The notes under the pieces were generated by a model. The model saw only the letters and a program-made list of their open reading frames with translations. It had not been told where the DNA came from and did not search any database. A DNA stretch of 64,000 bases from Oligoflexus sp. (lineage in GTDB: Bacteria; Bdellovibrionota_B; Oligoflexia; Oligoflexales; Oligoflexaceae): contig JBGSTX010000074.1 in NCBI GenBank assembly GCA_041736305.1, positions 1 through 64,000 of the forward strand. The letters run 5' to 3'. Numbering within the stretch: the first letter of the stretch is position 1; each line of letters begins with the position of its first letter. The position numbers were made by a program, and so were the translations under genes. Shown here one piece after another: positions 1 to 8,143 of the stretch.

Positions 1-59
1 AACCTATTTAGATCAATTGTTTCCGGCCCCAGCGGTAGGGCTTTGTCGATAGTGTTCAC
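1..59 (-). CDS. N-terminal fragment of the gene following flgI (truncated by the window edge; FlgJ-like by position)
   Basis: GGAG SD then GTG at 59, open to the window edge (MNTIDKALPLGPETIDLNR...). Identity inferred from flgI-flgJ synteny only. Confidence 0.4.
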   Translation of the reverse strand, partial: MNTIDKALPLGPETIDLNR

Positions 60-66
60 TCGCTCC

Positions 67-1086
67 TCACAGGATTCTAAGCTCGGCCTTCAATGCACCG
101 GATGCATGGATAGTTTGCAATATACTTACCAAATCGCCAGCCTTTACTCCCATTTGATTCAAGCTCCTTACGAATTCTGCTATCGTCGGCCCCTGCAATG
201 GGAGGACGCTTTGCTCTTTTACCCCTTTGCCCGTGCCGACTGCAATACTCAGCCCGTTATGAGACACAACCACTTCTTGGATACGGACTTCGCCACCCAT
301 CACAATCGTGCCGGTCTTTTCGTTGATGATCACAACCGCTTTCTGATCAGGAAGTACAGTAAGGCCCTCTAATTCCGCAATAAATCTTGTGACGTTCCCG
401 GCATAATCATCCGGTAGGCGGACTTTTATATGCGAGGCATCGGCAGCCTCCGCAAGAATTTGCCTAAAGTGTTGGTTGATGGCCTGCGCCACCCTATCGC
501 TCGTCGTGAAATCAGCCGACCTTAGGCTGATATCAATAAGCCCGTCCCGAAGCAATTCAGCAGTAGAGCCTCGTTCTACATATGCTGCGTTTGGCAGAAA
601 AGCGCTAGTTAATGCTTTGGCTGCTTCTGCTCCCGCCAGCCCAGATATAACAGATCCCTCGGCTACCGCGTAGTACTGGCCGTCACCGGCTTTGAGAGGT
701 GTTGAAAGCAAAGTGCCTCCCGCGAGGCTGACAGCGTCACCGATCGTTGAAACCTTTACATTGATCTTGTCACCGACTTGCGTGAACGATGGCAGTTCCG
801 CGGTTACGACGACGACCGCAGCAGCTCGTGTCAACATAGGTCCACTTCCTGGATCCATGCCAAGCTTATTCAAAAGTGAAGCTATGGCTTTATTTGTACT
901 GATCGAAACCGGACTATCGCCGGTCTTATTGAGGCCAATCACAAGTCCAAAGCCAATAAGGCTATTAGTCCTCTGCCCACGTATATTGACGAGATCTTTT
1001 ATTTTAATATCCTGGCCTGACGCCTGCTGAGCAAAAACAAAAACATTCATTGAGAACGCCAAGACCCAACTAATCAGCTTTTGCAT
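67..1086 (-). CDS. flgI: Flagellar P-ring protein FlgI
   Basis: Signal peptide, IKDLVNIRGQRTNSLIGFGLVIGL, SLAGGTLLSTPL and C-terminal ASGALKAEL motifs; flg context. Confidence 0.95.
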   Translation of the reverse strand: MQKLISWVLAFSMNVFVFAQQASGQDIKIKDLVNIRGQRTNSLIGFGLVIGLNKTGDSPVSISTNKAIASLLNKLGMDPGSGPMLTRAAAVVVVTAELPSFTQVGDKINVKVSTIGDAVSLAGGTLLSTPLKAGDGQYYAVAEGSVISGLAGAEAAKALTSAFLPNAAYVERGSTAELLRDGLIDISLRSADFTTSDRVAQAINQHFRQILAEAADASHIKVRLPDDYAGNVTRFIAELEGLTVLPDQKAVVIINEKTGTIVMGGEVRIQEVVVSHNGLSIAVGTGKGVKEQSVLPLQGPTIAEFVRSLNQMGVKAGDLVSILQTIHASGALKAELRIL

Positions 1087-2155
1087 TTGTCTTGGCCTCG
1101 GGGGTACTCAGGTTGGTTTTTGTAGAAGCTGGAGACGGGGTCCCGCCGCCTTGCTGGAGGCTTTCTAGAAGTTGCTCCTGCTTTATGATCGTTTCCTTCT
1201 GCTGCCCAATCAACGAATCTTGTTCGCTGACCTGGCGATTGAGCTCACCTAGCTTTACCTCAGCTTCTTGTCTGAGCTTAGCTACCCGCTCCCGCTCTTC
1301 AGCTACCTTGCCACGTTCTTTGCCAACGCTGACAATGCGTTCTTGGAGACGGTCTTTGACTTTTTCCATGTCTTTACGCTTATTTTCAAGGTCAAGCGCC
1401 ATCTTGGATCGTGCTTCATCGAAGCCGGCAAATCGAAGCGTGTACTCGTCTTCCCACTGGCTGGACTCGCGTTCGATCAACTCACCGTTCTGTGATTCGT
1501 ACCATTGGACTTCGCTCAGATCTAAGGTAGTAATTTCCTGCTTGCCTTGAATGATTGCCCGTGGAATCCGCCCTTGCGCTCTTATCGACTGAGACTCCCA
1601 ATCGTTTTCCGATGCCCGGTTGGCTTCAACAATAACATCACCGTTTTCAAGTTCCCTTACGACCATCATTTTAAGGATTGAAGGGATCTTGGGGTCGGGA
1701 AGTCCAGGCTCTAATTTAGGCAGTGCAGCGATAAGTTCTTCTTGAAGCGCCTTATCAAGCCCAGGTTTCGCTGAAACTGGTGGAACGGCAGGAGCACTGG
1801 CTTCAGGTGCCGCTGGGGACTTGCTCTTATCGCCCCTGTTGACGCGCACAGCGACGCTGATCAGATCTCCGACCTGAGCACGAGGTGGTTCAACAAAGAG
1901 CAAATGTTGGGCTTTGTTTAATGAAAAGAGGGAGCCGGTGTAATTTTTGGCCGCTTTAGGAACAAGGGCAAGACTTTCTCTTTTGACAAAGACTTCTGGA
2001 GTTGCCCTTGACTCTTCTTCAATAGGTCGTCGATGACTAAGACTGGCAGATTTGCCTTCCTTCTCATGCAGATATTCCCTTCGCGAAATGGGCACCACCC
2101 CTGTCTGGCAAGCAGTAGTGCTGAATATCAAGATTACCATACTCAAATTTTTCAT
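1070..2155 (-). CDS. flgH: Flagellar L-ring lipoprotein FlgH, divergent, with C-terminal coiled-coil extension
   Basis: Lipobox TTAC; GSLF...RAQVGDLISV and VVRELENGDVIVE FlgH motifs; lies between flgA and flgI. Confidence 0.8.
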   Translation of the reverse strand: MKNLSMVILIFSTTACQTGVVPISRREYLHEKEGKSASLSHRRPIEEESRATPEVFVKRESLALVPKAAKNYTGSLFSLNKAQHLLFVEPPRAQVGDLISVAVRVNRGDKSKSPAAPEASAPAVPPVSAKPGLDKALQEELIAALPKLEPGLPDPKIPSILKMMVVRELENGDVIVEANRASENDWESQSIRAQGRIPRAIIQGKQEITTLDLSEVQWYESQNGELIERESSQWEDEYTLRFAGFDEARSKMALDLENKRKDMEKVKDRLQERIVSVGKERGKVAEERERVAKLRQEAEVKLGELNRQVSEQDSLIGQQKETIIKQEQLLESLQQGGGTPSPASTKTNLSTPEAKTNAKAD

Positions 2156-3207
2156 GGCAGATGTACCTCGACCTGAGCTTTCGCAATAACGAGGCCCATA
2201 ACCTGCCTTTTTGTCGAGTCCAGCTGAATGCGAATTTTTTGTCCTATCGCACCCGTATCTAGAGCCTGTCCTGAAGCACTCATCTTCACTCCACTCGTTA
2301 ACACTGCGGCTTCAATCCGATCACCGCGGCGAACATCTGGTTCTTGGACCAGCTCGTAGACCCTTAGAACTTGTCCAGCTTTTACCGACATGCGAAGCGA
2401 TTTGCCCCCGAGTTCGGCTTTACTGCGTAGTACATTTTCTTGATAGGGGAGCCATTGCTCGATCACATCGGATTCACTTGGCATTGAACCGCGGACCAGC
2501 GCACGATTAGCAAGCAATGCTTTAATCTCGGCGCGCACGCCAATTTGCGCCTGCCATTCGAATGCTTCTTCACCCGCACCAGAGCTATCGATTGCGCGAA
2601 CCTGCAGGGTGATCAAAGTGCGCCGAGGTGCCAACTGCAAGCGCTCCATCTGCTCCTGCCAATCTGGAAACTCCAATGCATAACTATTGTGACGTAGACG
2701 AAACATCTGGGGCACTCGCAGCGACTGAAGGCGAAAACGAAGCCCGAGTTTGTTTTTGCCTTCTTCGGCACTTAGCCGCTCCTCAATCGTTGCCCGAACC
2801 GAGGCTTGATCGATGGGCTTCGAGCTGGCTCGCACCTTTATCAGCGGGGCACCAGCAAAGGTAAAGCTGTGCTGAGGATATTCGGCAGCTACAATCGCCT
2901 GCAGATCGGAGGATTTTATAGTAATTTCTTGGCCAGGCTTAGGACTCGCTCCAAAGTCGATGGCACTTACCTCTCGGCAAAGAGTCTGAGGACCATCGCA
3001 GCGGACCAGCTCATCTAAAAAAATGCGAGCACCTTGAACCGTAGCTGCCTCACCGAGATAAAGTGTACATGCCAGTTTAAGTTGAGGCGCATAGGTATTG
3101 CCTTTGACACTTCCTCCACTGCCTAGAGATAGGGGCGAAGGGAGAGGCCGACCGAGTACGGGCGTGCCGAAGACATGGAGGAGGACTGAGAGGAATACTT
3201 TCCTCAT
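2152..3207 (-). CDS. flgA: Flagellar P-ring formation chaperone FlgA (long N-terminus)
   Basis: C-terminal SAF/FlgA motif VRRGDRI...GQALDTGAIGQKIRI; lies between flgG and flgH. Confidence 0.85.
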   Translation of the reverse strand: MRKVFLSVLLHVFGTPVLGRPLPSPLSLGSGGSVKGNTYAPQLKLACTLYLGEAATVQGARIFLDELVRCDGPQTLCREVSAIDFGASPKPGQEITIKSSDLQAIVAAEYPQHSFTFAGAPLIKVRASSKPIDQASVRATIEERLSAEEGKNKLGLRFRLQSLRVPQMFRLRHNSYALEFPDWQEQMERLQLAPRRTLITLQVRAIDSSGAGEEAFEWQAQIGVRAEIKALLANRALVRGSMPSESDVIEQWLPYQENVLRSKAELGGKSLRMSVKAGQVLRVYELVQEPDVRRGDRIEAAVLTSGVKMSASGQALDTGAIGQKIRIQLDSTKRQVMGLVIAKAQVEVHLP

Positions 3208-3224
3208 CGTAGGACCCTCTGCTA

Positions 3225-4010
3225 TTAGCGAATATTATTAGTTTGCTGGAGCATTTGATCACCGGTCTGAATAACCTTCGAATTAATCTCGTAAGCTCGC
3301 TGCCCTGTGATCATATTGACCATTTCTTCGACGATATTCACATTGGAAGCTTCGAGCTCCCCCTGCCCTATGCGGCCGAAACCTTGAGTATTTGGCTGCC
3401 CAAGCAGAGGTGCACCGCTCGCTGGAGTATCCGCATAGAGGTTGCGCCCCAGCGACTCCAAACCGGTGGGATTGATAAAGTTAGCTAATACGAGCTGGCC
3501 GATATCCTGCGACTCTGCTCCGACTCGAACAGTTACTGCCCCATCCATACCGATATTGATTTTGTCTGCTGTCACATTCTCAGGCACGACTATCTCGGGG
3601 ACTACAGGGAAGCCATCCGACGTTACCAGACGGCCGGTTGGGTCGATCTTGAAACTACCGTCTCGGGTGTAGCTTATCGTACCGTCATCTTTTTGCACGC
3701 GGAAGAAGCCTTGGCCCTCAATCATAAGGTCCGTTGGCTTCTGAGTAATACGGATCGCACCTTCGTTGAACATCTTCTCTACCGAAGAAACCTTCGAACC
3801 ACCGCCGATTTGAATTCCGGTCGGGACAACTGTGCCAGCCGACGAGTTCTGACCAGGGGCTTTTAGAGTTTGATAAAGCAAATCATGAAAATTGGCACGT
3901 GACTGCTTGAACGCAGTGGTGTTGACGTTCGCGAGGTTGTTTGAAATGGTGTCGATCGTAATCTGCTGGGCTTCCATGCCTGTGGCAGCTGTGAAGAGTG
4001 AACGCATCAT
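3225..4010 (-). CDS. flgG: Flagellar distal rod protein FlgG
   Basis: MMRSLFTAATGM, ISNNLANVNT, LEASNVNIVEEMVNMI; 261 aa. Confidence 0.96.
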   Translation of the reverse strand: MMRSLFTAATGMEAQQITIDTISNNLANVNTTAFKQSRANFHDLLYQTLKAPGQNSSAGTVVPTGIQIGGGSKVSSVEKMFNEGAIRITQKPTDLMIEGQGFFRVQKDDGTISYTRDGSFKIDPTGRLVTSDGFPVVPEIVVPENVTADKINIGMDGAVTVRVGAESQDIGQLVLANFINPTGLESLGRNLYADTPASGAPLLGQPNTQGFGRIGQGELEASNVNIVEEMVNMITGQRAYEINSKVIQTGDQMLQQTNNIR

Positions 4011-4043
4011 GGTAAAGCTCCTTTCAGGAAAGTAGACCGGCTA

Positions 4044-4832
4044 TCAGGCGCGAACGTCACCGATCGCATTAGATGATTTTTCCATCATTTGATCGTAGTT
4101 GGAGACCGCCTTTTGATAGGCTTCGTATGAGCGATGAGCAACGATCATCGACGTGAGATTCTTGATGGCATTGACATTAGAGGCTTCGAGAGAGCCCTGC
4201 TGTAGTCTCGTTCTGCCTGGTACCAAAACATCTTCTGAACGACCGCCATACTGATAATAGTTGCGACCTACGCGCTCAAGCTCCTTAGGGTTCTTGAACG
4301 TAGCAATTTGCAGGCGATCGGTGAGCTGCCCATCCTGGAACACCTCTCCCTGTGCGTTTACTGTGAATTCAGTACCTCGCACCACGATAGCGCCTTTTTC
4401 ACCCTGTACGGGATCGCCGGCTTTGGTAACCAGTACACCTTCGGCTGAGAGGGTAAAATCCCCTGCCCTTTGGTAACGGGTGCCTTCAGCCGTTTGAACC
4501 GTAAAAAATCCTTCGCCTTCGAGCATCATGTCGTAAGGATTCTCGGTTGAAATAGCTGAACCTTGGGAAAAATCACGTTCCATAGCGGCGATGCCAACAT
4601 ACGACATGTCATTGCCACGAAGTGGGAATACCCCCTGCAGATCTTCTTTGTAGTTTGCTGGAGGCAACGGATCTGCGTAGTTTTTATAGGGCTCGGGCTC
4701 TTGAAGGGTAAAGGTAACGGAATCACCTTTGAAGCCAACGGTGTTGAGGTTTGCCAAGTTGTTGGCGATCGCTTCTAAGGCTCGCTCTTGAGAGATGGCA
4801 CCAGCGAGTGGGGTGTAGATGTTTTTTAACAT
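4044..4832 (-). CDS. flgF: Flagellar rod protein FlgF
   Basis: ANNLANLNTVGFK and LEASNVN motifs; start placed at ATG 4832 after GGAG. Confidence 0.9.
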   Translation of the reverse strand: MLKNIYTPLAGAISQERALEAIANNLANLNTVGFKGDSVTFTLQEPEPYKNYADPLPPANYKEDLQGVFPLRGNDMSYVGIAAMERDFSQGSAISTENPYDMMLEGEGFFTVQTAEGTRYQRAGDFTLSAEGVLVTKAGDPVQGEKGAIVVRGTEFTVNAQGEVFQDGQLTDRLQIATFKNPKELERVGRNYYQYGGRSEDVLVPGRTRLQQGSLEASNVNAIKNLTSMIVAHRSYEAYQKAVSNYDQMMEKSSNAIGDVRA

Positions 4833-4866
4833 GCTGGCTCCTATAAGCGAGGCGTTACAGTCTAAA

Positions 4867-4882
4867 AGCAATAAACGGACCA
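4867..4882 (-). promoter_or_regulatory. sigma54 (-24/-12) promoter candidate for the flgF operon
   Basis: Minus strand TGGTCCGTTTATTGCT = GG-N10-GC with TTGCT, ~35 bp upstream of the flgF ATG. Confidence 0.6.
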
Positions 4883-5104
4883 GACCGCAGTGGCTTTGCC
4901 GTGCCCTTGTGCTAAGCCCATTAGAGTGCAGAGAAGATTTCGAGTATTTTCACCAGAGCTTAAAGTTTTATCAAACAGAGCGGTGGTTCGATTTTTCCTG
5001 CTGTCAAGCAACTAACGCCAAACTGTCAAGAGCTTGACTCAAAAGTTTAGTTTTGACTCTAGGGTGCGAAGGCTTTTTGACGCTCGAGCGCCAAATGCAA
5101 TGCG

Positions 5105-5137
5105 GGCCTTGCGCGAACCCATGGTTCTCGCAAGGCC
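5105..5137 (-). terminator. Hairpin downstream of flagellin
   Basis: GGCCTTGCG...CGCAAGGCC inverted repeat 18 bp after the stop; weak U tract. Confidence 0.5.
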
Positions 5138-5154
5138 GTAAGCAGATCTAAGAA

Positions 5155-6087
5155 TTAGCCGAGGTTATTAAGAAGATTGAGGGCAACTTGAGGTAGTTTA
5201 TTGGCTTGGGAAAGGACCGCTGCACCGGCTTGAAGGAGTATATTACCCTGGGTGAATTCAGCTGTTTCGTAGGCGAAGTCCGCATCTTTAATTCGAGACC
5301 GGGCGGCTGAAAGATTTTCAACTGCTACTCCGAGATTTCTCTCAGTCGATACGAGTCGATTTTGGGCGGCACCTATCGTCGAGCGATGAGAAGCCAACTT
5401 GTTGAGAGCCTCATCGATAGTCGCCATTGATCTTTGCGCGTCGACTTTATTATCGATACGAGTTCCGCCCTCATTCTGCGCGCTCCCCAGTTCGAGCGAA
5501 AACTCTCCCTCAGTGGCAGCGTTCATTTTGCTGAAATCGAGTCGAATGATGTCGACCGGATTAGGGGCATCGAGAGAATCTGAGGGCAATATGTAATCTT
5601 TTCCGATTTGCATCTCGAGCGGGAACTGGTTGTGCGACACCAAAAGCCCAGGGTCGACATCGGACTGGCCTACGAGCAAGCGAGTTCCGTTGAACTCCGT
5701 TGATAAAGCGATCCGATCAACTTCATCTTTGAGAGCCATGTATTCACGATTGAGATAACCCCGCTCCCGCCCACCTACCGTATCGGAAGCAGCTTGGACC
5801 GAAAGTTCTTTTAATCGGGTAACAATGTTACTAATTTCCTCAAGGCTACCTTCAGCCACCTGCAGCATGGATACTGCATCATTCGCGTTCCTCTTTGCCT
5901 GACTGAGGGATCGAATGTCGGCATTGAGAGATTGAGAAATGGCGAGTCCGGCGGCATCATCGGCTGCTTTATTGATCCTATAACCAGAAGCGAGCTTTTC
6001 CATGTGCGCGCTTACTTTATTATTGGATTGGCCTAGGTTTCTCTGAGCATTGAGCGACTGGACGTTGGTACGAATCCTCAGGCCCAT
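5155..6087 (-). CDS. fliC: Flagellin (short, 310 aa)
   Basis: MGLRIRTNVQSLNAQRNL, SGYRINKAADDAAGL, SRIKDADFA; small variable region. Confidence 0.96.
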   Translation of the reverse strand: MGLRIRTNVQSLNAQRNLGQSNNKVSAHMEKLASGYRINKAADDAAGLAISQSLNADIRSLSQAKRNANDAVSMLQVAEGSLEEISNIVTRLKELSVQAASDTVGGRERGYLNREYMALKDEVDRIALSTEFNGTRLLVGQSDVDPGLLVSHNQFPLEMQIGKDYILPSDSLDAPNPVDIIRLDFSKMNAATEGEFSLELGSAQNEGGTRIDNKVDAQRSMATIDEALNKLASHRSTIGAAQNRLVSTERNLGVAVENLSAARSRIKDADFAYETAEFTQGNILLQAGAAVLSQANKLPQVALNLLNNLG

Positions 6088-6111
6088 ACGGCTCCTTCAA
6101 AGAGCAAGCAG

Positions 6112-6747
6112 TCATCGCGGTTTGGTGACTTGATATCTCAAGAATACAAAACTTTCGGCCGTGTGGGAAGCAAGCAGCTTAAATTTTACACTCCGCGAAA
6201 GATCAGGGGCGATCAGATGCGGGGCTCGGCTCTGACCGAGCACTATAGGGGCAAGCGAGAGACGGAGTTCATCCACAAGTCCTTTGTCATAGAACCAGCG
6301 GTTGACGATACCCCCACCGAAGAGAAGTGCGGACTTGTAAGCGGCGTTTTGCATAAAGTCCAAAAGAAATGAGACTTGATTAGCTTCGCCAAATACTAAA
6401 TTGGTGACGCCACTGCCCTCTTTGATTGGGAGGTGCATAGCTGAGAGCACAAAACGTCGGATGTGGGTTTGTTCCCAAAAAAAGTAAGAAAAAGGCAGGG
6501 CTTCTTGGGCAAAAATGAACCAGTGAGGATTCTGACCAGCAGGTCCAGGATGATCGAGACAGCTACCATTGGCACGGATCGAGCTAGCTCCAACTATGAT
6601 GGCATCTGCTTCTTCGATCTGAGCCCGAAGAAAAGCCCGATCGGCTTCGCACGTGAGGCCCAGGTCCTGACGTTCGTCATCTCCCTCACGATCGTGAAGG
6701 CCGATGCGCCCATCGAGGCTGGATGCCATAACGTTTATGATTTGCAT
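6112..6747 (-). CDS. RibD C-terminal/dihydrofolate reductase-family oxidoreductase
   Basis: MASSLDGRI, ADAIIVGA, GGG...GLVDELRLSLAPIVLG motifs. Confidence 0.8.
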   Translation of the reverse strand: MQIINVMASSLDGRIGLHDREGDDERQDLGLTCEADRAFLRAQIEEADAIIVGASSIRANGSCLDHPGPAGQNPHWFIFAQEALPFSYFFWEQTHIRRFVLSAMHLPIKEGSGVTNLVFGEANQVSFLLDFMQNAAYKSALLFGGGIVNRWFYDKGLVDELRLSLAPIVLGQSRAPHLIAPDLSRSVKFKLLASHTAESFVFLRYQVTKPR

Positions 6748-6851
6748 AGGACCTAGTGCTTTCGTCTCTAGAGGGGAATTTCCTGCTGAAGAGATGAAAT
6801 ACTACGTTTAAGGGGCATGCATCAAGCGAGAGCTGCAAGCGGAGGCTAGCT

Positions 6852-7382
6852 CTACGCGTCCTTGACTACCGTTAGTGTTTTCAAATCGGCTGTTTGGTCG
6901 CTACCTTGAGCAGCCAGGGCATGATCGAGCAGAATTTCAATCTCTCCAGCGGGAGCGCCGCGGGCAGCAGCGATTTCGCTAATGAGACGACCCTTCGCCC
7001 GTTCGATCATTTCTTTTTCACCGAAGGAAGGTTGACGTAGACGATCTTTCCCAGTCAGGTCACGTAAAACTTCGGCTATATCAAAGACTGAACCTGAACG
7101 AATCTTATCCGAAAACTCTTTCTTTCGCCTGTTCCAGACGCTCGAATGAGTCTTAGGATCTTCGCCTAGTATGCTCATAATGCGCACTATATCGTCCTCG
7201 TTGACGAGATCGCGAATCATGCCATTACTACTTTTTGGAAAACGAAGGGTAAGACCGGTAGCATAGATCTTGAGGATGTAATAGTCCTGCTTCATCCCAT
7301 CGAGGGCGAGGACCTCGGTGCCTTGAATTTCACCGACTCCATGAGTTTTATGGACTACTTTGTTTCCGGCTGAGAAGCTCAT
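6852..7382 (-). CDS. carD: CarD/CdnL family RNA polymerase-binding regulator
   Basis: FSAGNKVVHKTHGVGEI, WNRR..E...KIRSGS..DIAEVLRDL, SFGEKEM. Confidence 0.9.
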   Translation of the reverse strand: MSFSAGNKVVHKTHGVGEIQGTEVLALDGMKQDYYILKIYATGLTLRFPKSSNGMIRDLVNEDDIVRIMSILGEDPKTHSSVWNRRKKEFSDKIRSGSVFDIAEVLRDLTGKDRLRQPSFGEKEMIERAKGRLISEIAAARGAPAGEIEILLDHALAAQGSDQTADLKTLTVVKDA

Positions 7383-7631
7383 CACTGTCTCCTGGCTGAG
7401 AGGATCGAGTCTTTTCGCTCGAGAAGGACTCTGACCTGACCATTGAGTATTCAGAAACGACCGCAGCAGGGGCTAAAACGGGGTCAACATTACAGTGCAG
7501 CAGTGGCGTTTTATGACAAATCAAACCTGCTTTGTCAATCTATAAAATCCCGGTCATAATAATACAAATTTTAAGAGGAAGCATCCTTGATTGAGGTATC
7601 TTGGCTAACGAGCCCTAAACCTAAGACCTGC

Positions 7632-7660
7632 TTGCATTGTGCGCTCGTTTGGGGTACCTT
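7632..7660 (+). promoter_or_regulatory. sigma70 promoter candidate for rpsO
   Basis: TTGCAT-N17-TACCTT. Confidence 0.55.
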
Positions 7661-7668
7661 GCTCGCTT

Positions 7669-7745
7669 ACAACCCCTGGCAATCCTAAGCAAAGCCAAGG
7701 TAAAGAGTTTGTTTTAGTAAAAGTATTCGTTAGTTAGGAAGGACT
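7669..7745 (+). promoter_or_regulatory. Candidate S15 autoregulatory leader (hairpin plus pseudoknot to the SD region)
   Basis: CCTGGC/GCCAAGG stem; loop TCCTAA (7683-7688) is complementary to TTAGGA (7734-7739) at the SD. Confidence 0.5.
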
Positions 7746-7749
7746 CGAT

Positions 7750-8019
7750 ATGGCTTTGAGCAAAGCTGAAACGGCAGAAATCGTCCAGAAATTTGGGAAG
7801 TCGACCGGTGACACAGGAGCCCCAGAGGTGCAGATTGCTCTTATGACCCGGCGTCTGCAACAGCTAAATGAGCATTTCAAGACCCACGATAAAGATCACC
7901 ACTCGCGCCGCGGCCTCATGAAACTCGTTGGTCAGCGTAAGCGCCTCCTTACCTATCTGCGCGGCAAGGACACCAACGCTTATAAAACCTTGATTGGTGC
8001 ACTTGGCATCCGCAAATAG
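7750..8019 (+). CDS. rpsO: 30S ribosomal protein S15
   Basis: DTGAPEVQIA, KDHHSRRGLMKLVGQRKRLLTYL; 89 aa. Confidence 0.98.
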   Translation: MALSKAETAEIVQKFGKSTGDTGAPEVQIALMTRRLQQLNEHFKTHDKDHHSRRGLMKLVGQRKRLLTYLRGKDTNAYKTLIGALGIRK

Positions 8020-8035
8020 TCAACTTTCATAGCAC

Positions 8036-8096
8036 AAAGCGTCTTTATCTCTCGCCGGTATCTTGATACTTTGGGCAAGTGTAAAGACGTTTTTTT
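8036..8096 (+). terminator. Long hairpin with U tract between rpsO and pnp
   Basis: AAAGCGTCTTTA...TAAAGACGTTTTTTT. Confidence 0.65.
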
Positions 8097-8143
8097 AATT
8101 TTGGCGAGCCCGTCAATCTATATCTACTCGGAGTACACTCACG

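Noticed and set aside
6152-6182. sigma28 promoter for flagellin inside the reductase gene
   Set aside because: GCCGAAAG is present, but TTAA is 19 bp away rather than ~15
7550-7577. Vague dif-like sequence (GGTCATAATAATACAAATTTTAA)
   Set aside because: The XerD arm TTATGTTAAAT is not matched; probably AT-rich promoter DNA
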